A DNA stretch of 64,000 nucleotides from Acanthopagrus schlegelii (lineage: Eukaryota), in NCBI GenBank assembly GCA_041753875.1, contig CM085492.1, forward strand, positions 12,319,563-12,383,562. The letters are read 5' to 3'. Numbering within the stretch: the first letter of the stretch is position 1; each line of letters opens with the position of its first letter. Shown piece after piece: positions 1 through 12,816 of the stretch. The position numbers and the translations under genes are program-made. The notes beneath the pieces are model-generated. The model did not search any database and had not been told where the DNA came from. It saw nothing but the letters and a program-made list of their open reading frames with translations.

Positions 1-2
1 AA

Positions 3-257
3 GGTGCAAAGTCAGAGTTCGCCAAGAAAATCAGGGAGGTGTCCACGCAGCTGCACGACGGTCTGGTGGAGCTCAACGGGATACGAGAGGAGCTGCAGTG
101 CACTGCACCAGAAAACAAGGACGAAGGCGATGATACAGCTGCTTTGGACAGTGACAAGAAAGAGAAAGAAGACAAATACGACAGCTCAGAGGAGGATGAA
201 ATCGACCGCATTAAAAAAGCCATCAAAAAGGACTATGAGAACCGAGAATACCTTTGA
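3..257 (+). CDS. 3' end (last coding exon, partial at window edge) of an apolipoprotein L-like gene. It encodes ...GAKSEFAKKIREVSTQLHDGLVELNGIREELQ followed by an acidic tail. Stop TGA at 255..257.
   Basis: Frame-3 ORF is open from the window edge. The peptide is paralogous to the C-terminal ApoL helix of the large gene (GAKTKFATKIRDVCKELQDGLLELNKVKTQLQ) and matches the conserved ApoL C-terminus (..EGAKSE.AEELKKVAQELEE..). Confidence 0.6.
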   Translation, partial: GAKSEFAKKIREVSTQLHDGLVELNGIREELQCTAPENKDEGDDTAALDSDKKEKEDKYDSSEEDEIDRIKKAIKKDYENREYL

Positions 258-3200
258 CCGTAACCCAAAACCTGGACAAGCACTGAAACTAGACTCTAAT
301 GTTGAGATTCAGTGTGAGGATTCGAGCATTGTCAGTTTCCCAGGATCCCTACAAAGTGTTTTTGTGTCTCAAAACTTCAGTATACTTCTGCTTTGTTGGC
401 ATTGATGAGGTGGAGGGTGCCAATCTTTTGAAATTGTTTCTAAAGCTTCAGGACTTCTTTTTGGTACCTGACTTCTTGAATCTAAACAGCATTTACAGTC
501 CTGGGATGAACTGAGCTTTTGCGGTAGATTGAGTTTCACATCGCTTCTCTGGCAATTGTGCCAACGTTAAACTGCCATGATGTCTTCAAGAATATGAGAT
601 TTAGAGATTTAACCGATTCATGTATTTGGTTAGTCCAGTTTTAGATTAATTAAATAAGTAGATGCAAATTATTTTCTCTACTTTATAACTTAGACTTTAA
701 ACTGCTGCTTAGAGTTTCATGTTGGTTCATATTGAAACACATATATTAATCGGGTGTGGAGACTGTGGGTGAATAGTGCCTTTATTATTTATAATTCTGT
801 GTGCAATGTAGTGTTACAATGTTTACTGATGTTGTTTTATTTGGTTATCAGGGCTGCAAAAAAAGATATTTCCCCCATGATGGAGGTTTTGAATCTGATG
901 TGGAAGTTTTTGTTGGGCTTGATGAAATTTCTCTCAGAATGGACGTAATAAGCTTAGTTTTTTACAGAACAGCCAAAAGTGACAATAATGACAGTGCTAA
1001 AGAACCAGGATGAGGTTGCACCAGCTGTTCGTAGATCCATCACTAAGATTGTGTCTAAAGCCACAGTTAGTTGCCACAGTTGGCGGTTACTCTAGCGATA
1101 CACTGCTGCCTGAGTAAGAATTCAACAGGTGGCCAATTCTTACATTTGGCTGTTTTTTAAAACTTAAATGTCTTCACAATTAAAGATTTTAGTAATGTTA
1201 AACAGATGTTAGGAAAAGTGTGTAAACAGGAAGTCACAAGCTGAAGCAAAACTTTTAAACATTATGCTAACCTAGCTTATGTTAAGGCCATTGACTTGGT
1301 GTAACATTTTAGTTTTTGTGTATGTTGTGTTTCTTCCCACTTTGTGTAAGTATTAAACAGGATTTTAATCAAGTCTCAGGTCACATGTCAGTTATATTTC
1401 GTAATCTCTCAGTCACATATTTGAAAGCTAACGTTCTGTTAGCGACATAACATGTACACCTCACAGCTACTGGTTGTAAATATTTAGTAGCAACTAAGGT
1501 TGGAGCAACCAGTTTTAATTCTGTGTTAGGAAGCATAAATCAGCACTAAGTAAACACTATGAAGTTTGAGAGTCATTTTGAGTTTTTGAACAACTGGTAC
1601 AACCGGATCCAGGGGAAAAACAACACAAAAACCAGTCTGAGGTGAACTTATTCAACATATATAGGTCACTGATGATCTTTTCTTTCCTTTGGTTTCCATA
1701 CCATCAGGTGTAAAATGATCTCTTAAAATGCAACTTGGATAACACAGGACTGCAAAAAAAACAGGACTGCTTGTCAGCTCTTTGTTATTTCCTTTTATCA
1801 TGGCATCATTTTTTTAAGACCATTATTTCAATGTTTGATATTCGATCTGTACTAGTCTGATTAATGATCCTCATATTTATTTTTCAGTCCTCTTCTGGGT
1901 GTTGTTCATTCACCTTTTTTTATGTGCAATATATTGTAGAACTCCATGTGTAATAAATGTAAATGTAAAATTGATAAATAAAGGCCATAGAAACATTTTC
2001 TCTCAATCTGTGCTTCTTGTACAGTCAACATGCCACTGAGCAAACATTTCATTTCCTTATACGAGCTACTGTGCACTCTCTGAGTTTTTATTTGCTCATT
2101 TAATAACCGAGATAAACACGTCTCCTTTACTTTTCTTCAGAGATTTCCATGACGAATGTAGGTGGAAGTCAGCTAGGTGCAAAAGTCTCAGTGTTTTACC
2201 ATCCTTTTTTGTCTGGTGTGAGAAAGAGTTTATATGAAAGTTTGATTTTTTTAAATAAACGCAGACATGAGACTGATGTTGAATTTATATCGAAATAACA
2301 GTCAACATTTGAGGTAGAGGTTCAGTGATTTTGTATGAACTGACACAAGTGAATGTAACTGAAACCTATTTACTGTTATACTAAATCCTTATGACTGTAA
2401 ATAAATTATTAATTCAGAAATAATTTTACAAAAATACATGCCTGTTTACACTTCATGCAGCTGTAATGTCAAAATAATCCTTCATAGTGGAGCGATTTAA
2501 TGATTCAGACCAAATAAAACATGAATATATTAAACAATAACAATCTAAACATATACAGTCGCATACAATTAAATAAAATGAACTTCCTGCAAGTGATTTT
2601 TACTAATATCTGCACAGCTAAAAAGTTTATTTTTCTATAGTACATTTGAAGACACAAAGTTCATATTGTTGGTATTGTTTTCTGGAAATTTGGGAGCTCG
2701 TGTGATCTGAGGAACAATTCACATTTCACAGTAAATTCTAATTTTTTAAGGCTGATTTCAGAATATCTCTAAAGAACTATGACTAAACATCAGACAAAAA
2801 CATTAATTGTTTCCCTGATTTTTCATGGATGTTTTCAAGGTTCATTTCAATGTTTCATATATATGGAAGTCCATTTCTGTCAGTTAAAGAAAAGAACTCA
2901 TCAAAACATGTCCTTGATTATATGAAAAACAAAAACTCTATAGTAAGTCATGATTATGAGATAAAAAGACAAAATTATGTGATCAAAGTCAAAATTATGG
3001 GATAGAAAGTCAGAAATATTATTTAAAGCCAATTATGAGACAAGAAGTCATTTTTTAAATCTTGGTTTATTTACAGAGATCATATTTTCAGAAAATAAAA
3101 CTGAGCAGTAGAATAAAAAAAAGAAATAATGAAACATCATATGTGAGAAAAGACATACTGAACAAAAATGAGCACGTTAATCCATTTCTCAGTGTGTCAT

Positions 3201-4659
3201 CCTGATCTTTTCTATTTTGGGTTTGTGTTTGGGTTTCGGTTTACATCTAGCTGACTTGTAAAACTGCTGAGTCAGACTCTCACCGCCTGGGAAACGCGTT
3301 TCTTTACCTCCCACAGACACAGGTAGTCCTCACACTGACCACGCCCTCTACCAGGTGAGTCAAATCCACAGCCAACAAAGCCAGGCAGGATTTCACAGCT
3401 CGCATCTTCTCCAAAAACCAGGTGAGATGTTCGACTTTTATTGTTCGCCTTCACCTTGGGAACTATTATCAGACGAGAATGTGATGGCTGAAGTCTGTAG
3501 TGACGCAGGAGGTCGTCTTGTTATACAACAGATGATTTCCCTGTTGGCGTTTGAGGCGCAGGAGCTGTCAGGGCGTTCTGAGGTGTGTTTGAGATGCTTT
3601 GTTCGACCTGTAACTACTGTTGCCTTTGGGTGGTGTCGGAAATATTTGGATTACTTAACGGGGAGGTAAACACCCTTCAGAAACAGAACGTTAGATAGTC
3701 AGGCTGAGTGTTCATGAGTGGTTGAGATGTTTTGTATTTATGTGAGCTAAATAAGTAATATTGCATGGGTCCATTTCTCGTTAACGCGTAGTGTATTTAT
3801 TTAGTTATTTGCAATTTTTTGTGATTGTATTTTATTGTTTTTGCGCACTATTTCATATAGTTTGTCACATTTCCAGATGAAACAGGATGTTGACACTAGA
3901 GTTATTTTTTATTTTTTTAATTGATTGATGCTTGTGCCAACACGTGGGTTTTAGTACACTGACATATTTGTGCTAAGTGACTTCGATGAGCAGTAAACAT
4001 CTTTTCTAATACCTTCTGTTTTCCTTTATGATAATAGCCCTGATGTCTCAAATACATCACAAATGCAAAGGCTTCTTAGTTCGTCCCAACAAAAACTGCA
4101 CTCAAGAACATAATCTAAACAGTATTGTCATCTAAAATCTGACCAAATTATACAGTAAGATGAGTTATAACTGTATTCAGCGAACTTAGCATACCTAGTA
4201 AAATAAATGTATACAGAACATGTATATAAATGAAATAATTTTGCTTTCCAGAGTCTTTTTATTAATTAAAAATAAGGATAAGTGTTTATTTTCTATGTTT
4301 TACAAAACTGTACAAATGTACAATTTTGAGGTACTTGTATTTTCCTTAAGTATTTTCAAATTTGGCCACTTTAAACTATTGTACTTTTGACTCCACTAAA
4401 GTAAATTATAATTGAATATGCGTATATATCATCTTGATGTAAATAGATTCAACACCACTTACCACATCGCAAAAGAAAGAAAGACAGAAAAATAAGTGCT
4501 TGGGTTGCTGTGACTTGAAAGCTGTGATTTCTGAGCTTTGGAGGAGCTCGTGAACGCCTCCTGTGTGCAGATGTTGTTGTATGCGGGTGTGGTGAAGTTT
4601 AAAACTCCTGGGAATGTCGTGAACGTGAAGGAACCTATCTGCTGCTCTTCTCATGTTAT

Positions 4660-4706
4660 CTGGTACAAAGTTGAGGTGAAGTGTCTCTGAATTTTCTCCA
4701 AATCAT
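4660..4706 (+). other. Possible non-coding 5' exon (ends in donor ggtaggtg) with a palindromic CRE tgacgtca just downstream at 4722..4729. It might belong to the large gene.
   Basis: Donor-like site and CRE palindrome only; no coding support. Confidence 0.15.
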
Positions 4707-5418
4707 CGGTAGGTGAAAATCTGACGTCAGCGTGATTTAAATACAGAGTTTTAGTCACTTGTCAGCTATAATTTATGATTTACTGTCCGTCTAACTAGCT
4801 CGTGTATTTTTAGCTTATAACTGTTAGCTAACGTCAGCTAAAGGTTTTTAGCCTATAAGCTAACGTTAATGTTCAGAGCTGAGTTCAGACAACCGGCTCC
4901 AGTTAAAAGAAATGTGTAGTGTTTTACTTCTCCAAATGAGTCACACAGTAAGTGACCACTGTAACTGTAATCTGTATTTCTTCCTGTATTATGTACTGGT
5001 ATGTTTCTGCTGTGATGACTGCTTTCATCAACATTTGTGAACTAATTTCAGACTGTAGAGCTATAATTAAGTGTTGAGGAACTTAAAAAATACCATGTTT
5101 TACCCTCAGATATATTCCATTATTATTCATTGTATTGCACACTGCTGTTTATATATTATTTCAGCTACATATAAATATCATACAGGTAAGATAGATATAA
5201 ATATGATGAATTGCTGTTAACCCCTGAACTGCATGTGCATTATGTTGGGGTTTTAGTGTTGCAGACGGTCAGGAAAATCATCTGGATATTTGTGTTTGAA
5301 ACAGCTGGAATATTTAGCATTTCCCAGCAGTCCGGATAAAAACAACAAAAGACAAACAAAAACAATTGTTAAAATTGTTGCTAATTCCTTTTTTTTTTGG
5401 TGATTTATTAATCAGCTT

Positions 5419-5516
5419 ATGCTCTCAGTTCTGGTGGTCTTACCTGAAGTAAAGGTCCTGAATGCATCCTTCAGTCAAGAGGAAAAGAGAGATTACGTAG
5501 ATTTGGCTGAAATAGT
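5419..5516 (+). other. Possible upstream exon (acceptor ..ttaatcag, donor gtaagt). An ATG-initiated 32-codon ORF is out of frame with exon 1 of the large gene, so it would be 5' UTR with a uORF if real.
   Basis: Splice-site-like boundaries and open frame only. Confidence 0.2.
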
Positions 5517-6639
5517 AAGTTGGCAACACTTTGCTTTCTTGAGCCAGAGTCAAGACTATATAAATGTAAGTGAGCCCTTGAATGGGTCAATAAAAGATTA
5601 AGTAGACCACAGTTTACCCACAAGAGATTGAGAAAGGTTGAGTGACTCAGATCTACTGAAGTAAGTAACTCTGACTAACGAAAATCTGCTGTCGTATATG
5701 ACATATTAAAACAGCAAGGTAAACTGAATCCTGAGCATTTTTGCCAGAAAAGTGAAAAGCTCAACAGTGAACATCATGGCCAGTGTAGTTGACCCGAATG
5801 CAGTTTCACACAGAGTGGTACAACAGTACAGTGATGTATATCATTGCACTGTTATGCATCATCTTTGGTTCAGTGCTCATGTCCCAAAATGCAAATGACA
5901 AAGGACATAGAGGAGGTTGCCAGACATGGCAAGAAATGGGGGACAGAGCTTGCAAAAGATCATGAAAATGATAAACAAGCTTTGAATCTTTGGAAGCAAT
6001 GCTCCTCCTTTATGTTGCGTTCATGTCGATCAGATGGATGGTGAAGCTGGAAAAGATTCTCTCAAGTCCAAGACTGGTGAGCATTCACATCCTCAGACAG
6101 CTCAAGATGGTTGTGTGACTACAGAGCTGGTGGTGTAAAAATGCCATGCATTGATAATCTAATACCATATTCATGAAATTATAGTTTCAATTCACTAAGT
6201 GATAAACTCTGGCTAATGTGAGGCATCCATGTGTGTTTGGCTTTCAGTATTCAGTATTGTTGTACCATGTCAGTTATATAAGAACTTTCAGTAAAGTCAG
6301 CTTTCCAGATTTTGACTTGGAAGTTATATGGTCAGACTGTATAGTCTATTCAGAATCTACTAACAGTTTGCACAAAACTTTGAACCACAATGATTTCTCA
6401 CCTACTTACTGAACAAAACAGACAGTTAATAAATAGTATGTACAAGGTAAGTATCTAGTATTGAAGTCGTAAACATCTGGTCAGAGTTAAATAGATTGTT
6501 ATTAATAACACCTGTGCTTTTCCTGTTATGAAATGTCAAAAGGTACGCTGTGAAGAACAGTGGAAGTTACGAAGTTGTTTGTCTCTTACTTCCATATGGT
6601 CCATCTGTCATATATATAGACTTAGTGCTTTATCATAGG

Positions 6640-6920
6640 TGACTGGACTTGTTTCAGTTTCTTGAAGACGTGTCACCTCTCATCCAAGAGGCTTCTTAAG
6701 TTCTAACTAACTGGAGTGGAGTCCAGGCTTTCAACCTCTGTGTGGGAATGTCCTTACAGAGTAGTTGAGGACATGTGTGACCTCTGAGTTTCAGAGACAT
6801 TAGGGCCACTTGTGGGTCTTGACCCAATAGGCCTTGGTGTGGGTTGCCAGGGCTAGTTGAGCCCAGGTGTGAATGGTTGTTGAGCTGTCTGGGGAGGGAC
6901 CTCAGTACTGCATTCTAAGT
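6640..6920 (+). mobile_element. Copy of a dispersed ~280-bp repeat family (second copy at 55860..56120). Probable non-autonomous element.
   Basis: About 80% identity to 55860..56120 over ~260 bp (cttgaagacgtgtcacctctcatccaagaggcttctt...gagcccaggtgtgaatggttgtt). Confidence 0.6.
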
Positions 6921-7083
6921 GGCTGACAGGTAATGTTGCAGGCCACCTCCTCTGTTGGGAGATGCCCGCTCTAGTTTGACTTAGATGGATTAATTTACTC
7001 CTCTTTACAATCACAAAACAACACAAACCTGTGATCGGTCATGTTTACACGTTTTCTCTCTGTTTGTCATTCTCTCAGGAAGG

Positions 7084-7131
7084 ATGGAGGCGTGTATGAT
7101 GAAGCCAGAAGTCAAAAAGAAACCAAAGCCG
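7084..7131 (+). CDS. Large gene exon 1 (coding part): MEACMMKPEVKKKPKP.
   Basis: ATG in a good Kozak context (gaaggATGg) directly after acceptor tctctcag. Donor is gtgaga. In frame with all downstream exons. Confidence 0.5.
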
Positions 7132-7286
7132 GTGAGAATACCTACAGCTAACACAAAACACTGAACTAACTCAAAACACAGTCTGAGTATTGTAATTTTA
7201 TTTTCGCATACCAACTACAGATGTAATTATAACCTGCTGTATCATATATTATACGGCACACACTCAGTTCTCTTCTCTGTTCACAG

Positions 7287-7313
7287 CCTAAACCACCTCC
7301 AAAACCTGCAGAG
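7287..7313 (+). CDS. Exon 2: PKPPPKPAE.
   Basis: Acceptor ttcacag, donor gtactg, phase 0, 27 nt. Confidence 0.55.
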
Positions 7314-7465
7314 GTACTGTGATAAAGCTTTGATTATCAATGTTACCAAGTCAGTCATGAGTTTGCCTGTTTGCTGAAGTGTTTGAACAGGACTTGAGGA
7401 TGTTTTTAGGAGTGATTTCAGGATTTTGAAGCAAAGCAGCACACTCGAGTAAACTATCTTTACAG

Positions 7466-7534
7466 GCGAAAAGAAATGACCCAGAGAGACATGAGAAAAC
7501 ACATCCTCTGGTGCCTCCACGACCGACAGACTCT
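7466..7534 (+). CDS. Exon 3: AKRNDPERHEKTHPLVPPRPTDS.
   Basis: Acceptor tttacag, donor gtaagt, 69 nt, phase 0. Confidence 0.6.
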
Positions 7535-8363
7535 GTAAGTTGTCTCTGACCTGGAAGATGCTACTGATTTTTTAGAGACCAACAGTTTTTGTCTGTAATG
7601 TAATTTTCTTTTAACAAATCTAGTTATTAGTCTTGTACTGAGCAGGTGTGGTGGGTCAGTCTTTCTTAAACTGGTGACAGAAAAGTGTTTTGCTTCAACG
7701 TATCAGAATGAAATGGCTATAAAATAAAGTTAAATTGGCTCCTTACTACCCTCACTTTCATGTATTTTGTTGCTTACTTTTTACACTGGTTGCACTGGTG
7801 CACTTAACATTTTCATTTAGGCACAGCAGCATATCATCAAGGTGAACCCAATATTAAATTTAACTTAACTTATTATGTAAATGATTATAAACAGGAAAAC
7901 AGAAAAAAAACCCATATTTTTGTCTTCAAAGCGAGCCAGGTACACTGCTGTGAACATTGAAAATGTTTAGTAGCACTTGGCAGACTTTACGGTGCACGTG
8001 CACCCTGGCGCTGACGGGTGTCTGTTTCCACTTCAAACATCTGGAACAACTTAAGTCAATTAGGTAGTCTGTGTTCCAGTGGAGAGGTTTTTGTTCACTC
8101 TTTGAAGATAAACTCTGGGATATTCAATAAAATTCTTACAAAAACACAAAACTATAACTAAGTTGATTGAATGATACTTATCATTACTGTTAAAGGCAGT
8201 TTAAAAAAAAAAAAAGACTTGAAAGAAAAAGCATCACTAGTGTTTTTATTCAAATATATAGTATCTTTTACAAGAGGTGTAAAAGACAAAGGAGAGGAAA
8301 TGAGAATGAGAATTGGCCATTTAAGATTTGAAAGCAAATCAACTTTTTGTGTTTTCTGTGCAG

Positions 8364-8417
8364 GAACTGAATCATACACAGTACCGCACGAAAACAGCAG
8401 CAACAGCAAACAAAGAG
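8364..8417 (+). CDS. Exon 4: ELNHTQYRTKTAATANKE.
   Basis: Acceptor tctgtgcag, donor gtactc, 54 nt. Confidence 0.55.
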
Positions 8418-9054
8418 GTACTCAACGTTCTTTTGAATTGCCATTGTTTATATTTTACTACGATGCATAATCGGGAAACACAGAGATTTTAAAGAGGGGG
8501 AGGGTGCTGTGGTGTTTTTGAGGCTGAAACCAGGTTTCTATCATACCTCTGGTTCAGATCCGGTCACGGATGGGGCTGAAATTTAAGATAATTTTGACTG
8601 TTGATGAATCTGTTGACCTTTTTCTTTTATTGATCAGTGGCAGTTGTTTAGTCTATAAAATGCAGAAAATGGTAAAAAAAAATGTCGATCAGTGTTTCCC
8701 AAAGTGCAAGATAAAATGCTCAGATGTCTTGTTTTGTTCAAAGATATTTCATTTGCTGTCATAGCGGGGTAAAGACACAACAAAATACTTTAAAGAAACT
8801 ATTAATAAATGCCAAATCATAGTTAAAAAGAAACATGACAAACAATGTTTAAATCATGTCGGCATTCCCCTTCAGACCAATGCATTAAACATCACTGTGA
8901 TGATTCAGTGTGTGGCTTTACTTATGAAAATACATATATTCATACTATTAAAACGCTTTTGTGAATTTTATGATGCCGTCATGCAGCGGATACATCTAAA
9001 TAGTCTGATACCATTTTAAAGAAGTGTTTGGTCCCCTCTTCCCATGTGTATCAG

Positions 9055-9135
9055 GTTAAAGAGCACTTGAAACAAAGGGAGACAAAAGTGAAACTGGATG
9101 AAACTCCCATGGTTCCACCCAGACCAACAGACCAG
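9055..9135 (+). CDS. Exon 5: VKEHLKQRETKVKLDETPMVPPRPTDQ. It repeats the VPPRPTD motif of exon 3.
   Basis: Acceptor tgtatcag, donor gtacag, 81 nt. Confidence 0.65.
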
Positions 9136-9358
9136 GTACAGTACCCTCAAATACTCTTAATATCTACTAAAACACATCCATGCACTGAACTATCTATCTA
9201 TCTTAAATAGGAATCAGGAAGAATCTGTAGTTATGCGTTAGAACAGTTTACAGTAAAGAATTGAATGAAGCTACACAAGGTTTCATTTTTCTGTTCCTCT
9301 TCAAAATATCTGTTTTTGTTCCCTCCTGGGCTTTTACTGTGTGTGTGTATGTGTGCAG

Positions 9359-9418
9359 GAAATGAGGGCTACAACCAGGTACAGCCAGCGCAGGAGTGTA
9401 CAGGCTGAGGACACACAG
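9359..9418 (+). CDS. Exon 6: EMRATTRYSQRRSVQAEDTQ.
   Basis: Acceptor gtgtgcag, donor gtatac, 60 nt. Confidence 0.55.
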
Positions 9419-9420
9419 GT

Positions 9421-9438
9421 ATACACACACACACACAC
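9421..9438. repeat. (CA)n microsatellite (intronic).
   Basis: acacacacacacacacaa. Confidence 0.9.
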
Positions 9439-9514
9439 AATTATATCTTGTTCCTCCTCATTTGTTTTTGTTTTTAAATAAAAACACGCTAAGGTCCTTC
9501 CTCTTCCTTATCAG

Positions 9515-9574
9515 AGCTCCAGAACAAATGACCAGTCAGACGTTCCCAAAGATGAAGCAGACTTCATCAAACAG
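9515..9574 (+). CDS. Exon 7: SSRTNDQSDVPKDEADFIKQ.
   Basis: Acceptor ccttatcag, donor gtattc, 60 nt. Confidence 0.55.
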
Positions 9575-10549
9575 GTATTCCTTTTGGAGTCAGTAACTTT
9601 CAGCTCGGACTTAATACAGAATCGAAAAATAATCGTGTCATTGTGTCAACAACAGCAGTCACTTCCAGGCAGACAGCTGGCAGTTGATTTGCATTGTGGA
9701 GATGTGTGATTCCAGCAAACCTGTTTTCTTCCATTTGGCATTTTCAGTCGTAACCGAAGTGTTTAAAGACATATTAAAACACAATGGTCCGACCTGTCTG
9801 ATATTTCTGTTCGGCTGTTTTGCTAGTGTCTTTCATATCTACTCAGTGACATCTAACCTAACTGTTAGTTTGGGCTAACTCAACCTTTAGTTTTCTTCAG
9901 TCCAGCAGGTAAATAAGTTAAGCATTATTGTTAATGAGATAAGAAAAGCATCAAACATGCATTTTCAGATTAATTAAATGTTCACACTTCGTTGATCAGA
10001 GAATGAGACTCAAAAATCGGCTATAATGAGAACAGCTTCAAAACTTAACCTGCTTTACTTGTCCACATTAATGCTTGTTTCTCACTCCTTTCCGTTTTCT
10101 CTCCCAGCAGTGTTATCTGCTTCTTTCAACAGCTGTAATTTTTATAAATGCACCAAAAAACACACCTTGTGTTTAGGATTTTTTTCACCTGCAATTCTGT
10201 TGAAGGTAAACTCTGTGTGGAGGAAGCTTGTTGTTAATAATGTAGCCAATAAACCAACGTACACCATCATGATCAGTGCATTTACAGGAGGGATGTGTTG
10301 CCGGAGAACGTCTGCCTCACTCTGTCTTCAGAGCATGTGTGACAGTAGACAGGATGGAGGAGCGAGGGCGGACTGTCCGGAGTTTTTTCATCGGATAGGG
10401 GGAAAAAAAGAATTAAAGGCTAAAATGGGTTACCAAATATACTTGGGCAGTCATTAGTATACCCTGGTGTTCAGCCAAAACTAAGTATATGTGTGGGATA
10501 CACTGTTTATACACTGTCTTCATCTTTATGTCCATGTGTTTTGTTGCAG

Positions 10550-10615
10550 AGTGATCAGACGGTCCTGACTGGGATGTTTCAGCGGAGCCGAAAAGAAAAA
10601 ACACCTACGTTTACT
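10550..10615 (+). CDS. Exon 8: SDQTVLTGMFQRSRKEKTPTFT, a degenerate B-type repeat exon.
   Basis: Acceptor ttgttgcag, donor gtaagc, 66 nt. Confidence 0.6.
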
Positions 10616-11109
10616 GTAAGCGATGCACCTGCAGCTCTTCTCTGCACAAAACATTTAATTATTATGCGTTTTATTCATTTTAGATTTTGGAGTAGAGCTG
10701 TGTTCTGGCCTTGACGCCACCTTTTCTAATAGTGGCACACTTTTTGAGTTAATTAAACTGCCGCAGCTTGACAGGCTCCTGGTGGCAAACGGGTGTGTGT
10801 GGGTGTGTACACAAATGAACAATAGGCATGTAGTTAGACAAACCTTAGGAGTGTATCAGATCCCGCTAGAATGAGTCAGTGTTGTAACCCATCAGATCAA
10901 AGAGAATGTTATAATTATCAAATAGAGGAAAAAAGAGGCACTAAGTATAAACATGTCATGGGAAAAATGTAATAAACACAAAACTATAGAATGTTTTATA
11001 GACTCTCTGTGCAGCACCGTAGTTACTGTGTTTAAAGCTGAATTTTTTTCATAATGCAGGTGTTGAATCAGCAGTTATTGAGTTTATCTGATTTTTTTTT
11101 CTTCATCAG

Positions 11110-11187
11110 AGTTATGTGTTCGATGACTCTGACAAAAAGGAAAAAACTGATGATGTTCCTGCCAAACAGGCTTCTGGCAGCAAACCG
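11110..11187 (+). CDS. Exon 9: SYVFDDSDKKEKTDDVPAKQASGSKP.
   Basis: Acceptor cttcatcag, donor gtatgt, 78 nt. Confidence 0.6.
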
Positions 11188-11416
11188 GTATGTGTGCTTG
11201 TCTTTGTATCTTTCAGTGAACAGACTTTGTCTTTCAACCAGTTTTGTGAGGACATTTTGGCTGGTTCTCCGGACTTCAAAGGACTGTTGGAAAGTTTTAT
11301 GGTTATGGTCAGATCAAGTTTAGATCTGGGTTAGACATTTAGTTCTGACAGTTACAGATAGGGTAAGGCAATATGCATTATGTCATTGAATGTCTTCACT
11401 AGTGATGCAGATCTGT

Positions 11417-11417
11417 G

Positions 11418-11446
<29 letters not shown>
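11417..11446. repeat. (GT)n microsatellite (intronic).
   Basis: gtgtgtgtgtgtgtgtgtgtgtgtgtgt. Confidence 0.9.
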
Positions 11447-11449
<3 letters not shown>

Positions 11450-11494
11450 CACTGTTGATCAGCTGGTTTGTGACATGTGACTATGATCTAACAG

Positions 11495-11545
11495 GGCGGT
11501 CTGAAGGGAGTAATGAAAGGGTTGCAATTCAAGTCGTCACCAAAG
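11495..11545 (+). CDS. Exon 10: GGLKGVMKGLQFKSSPK, a degenerate B-type exon.
   Basis: Acceptor tctaacag, donor gtatga, 51 nt. Confidence 0.6.
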
Positions 11546-12165
11546 GTATGAAACACCGTCTGCTTTGGTGTTTTCTGCTGGTGGTGGCTGCAGTATTTTA
11601 CAGAGTTTTTGTTTTTTTTAACATGGAAATACTTGTTCTTGGGTGGTGGTGGTGTTGATGGTAGCGGTTTTCATTTTAACTTGTTCGTGAACTGAGACAT
11701 CCCGGGTTCACAACCAGCCAGGGGCCTTTGTTGTCTGCCCTTGACTTTCTAATAAAGGCCCCAAAACAGAAAATGTTTATGCCACTGTTGATGTTTCAAA
11801 CCTACAGTTTCACAACTTGACAAAGTGACATGTGTGACTTATGAGTCAAGTATCCTTGCCTCAGTTTAATTTGTTGTTCAACTACTTATTGTTCCTTTTT
11901 AAGAATTTAAGTTTGTGAAAATTCTTATTTATCAAAGTTATTTAAACCTTAAAGGACTTTTGACACATTTTATGTTCCACTTGAAATAGAACCTATTGTA
12001 TTCATGAAGCAGCAGTAAAGGAATGATGATAAGTTGACTGGAAGCAATCAGATGATCTTAATGAAATTTTAAGCATCTATTTGATTGATGTCCTTTCTTG
12101 TCTGGTTGTTTTGATGGAAAAAGTACAGGATGATCATATTGTGCTGAAAATAATTGTTCTCAAAG

Positions 12166-12270
12166 GCCAGCAGAGAGCCGAGTCCAGACCCGAGCGCAGA
12201 GGAAGCAGCCTCCGAAAAGGAACAATCCGTAGAAAAAAACAAGCAGGAGAAGAATGTGAAACCCAAAGAG
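12166..12270 (+). CDS. Exon 11: ASREPSPDPSAEEAASEKEQSVEKNKQEKNVKPKE.
   Basis: Acceptor ctcaaag, donor gtaaga, 105 nt. Confidence 0.6.
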
Positions 12271-12587
12271 GTAAGAGATTAACAACCGTGTCTGACTCCC
12301 TTCTCTCATGTTAACACGCTAGTTCTGCTTTTTCAAAACAAATTAGAAGTGACAGGGGAACAACAAAGTGGATATGTATTCTTTTGAAAATGAGATTATT
12401 TTAAAAGTTCACTTCCTTTTAATGTGCAAACGACACTAGAGAAGCCACATAATAAGATTAATTCTAAATTAACATAAATTTTAACAGTGCTCAATTGCGC
12501 AACAGTTCAGTTTCTGTGAGGTAAACATAAAGGCATCTTGTCATTAGATGAGTAGACATCAGATTTTTTTCTCAATCTGTGTTTCAG

Positions 12588-12659
12588 GACATAGGAGATC
12601 TGATTGCTGGAATGTTCCGGAAATCTCCCAGAGAGAAATCACCGTCTCCAGCAGTGACG
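12588..12659 (+). CDS. Exon 12: DIGDLIAGMFRKSPREKSPSPAVT, a B-type repeat exon.
   Basis: Acceptor gtgtttcag, donor gtaaca, 72 nt. Confidence 0.65.
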
Positions 12660-12747
12660 GTAACATCGACTCTTCTGCTCCTTTTCTGAACGTTAACTTT
12701 CACTGTCATCGTCTTGTTGCCTTACGTGTTGTTTTGCTGTTTGCCAG

Positions 12748-12816
12748 GTCAGCAAAGCTGACTGCGATCCGGAAGATAATGAAGAAGCAGATAAGAAGAG
12801 TTCCGAACAATCCCAA
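12748..12816 (+). CDS. Exon 13: VSKADCDPEDNEEADKKSSEQSQ.
   Basis: Acceptor tttgccag, donor gtaggt, 69 nt. Confidence 0.55.

Noticed and set aside
3355-3669. 104-aa ORF with donor-like sites (caggtgagt at 3349, caggtgagatg at 3418) about 3.5 kb upstream of the large gene
   Set aside because: No recognisable homology and no consistent joining frame with downstream exons. It could be a non-coding 5' exon or chance, so it is not called.
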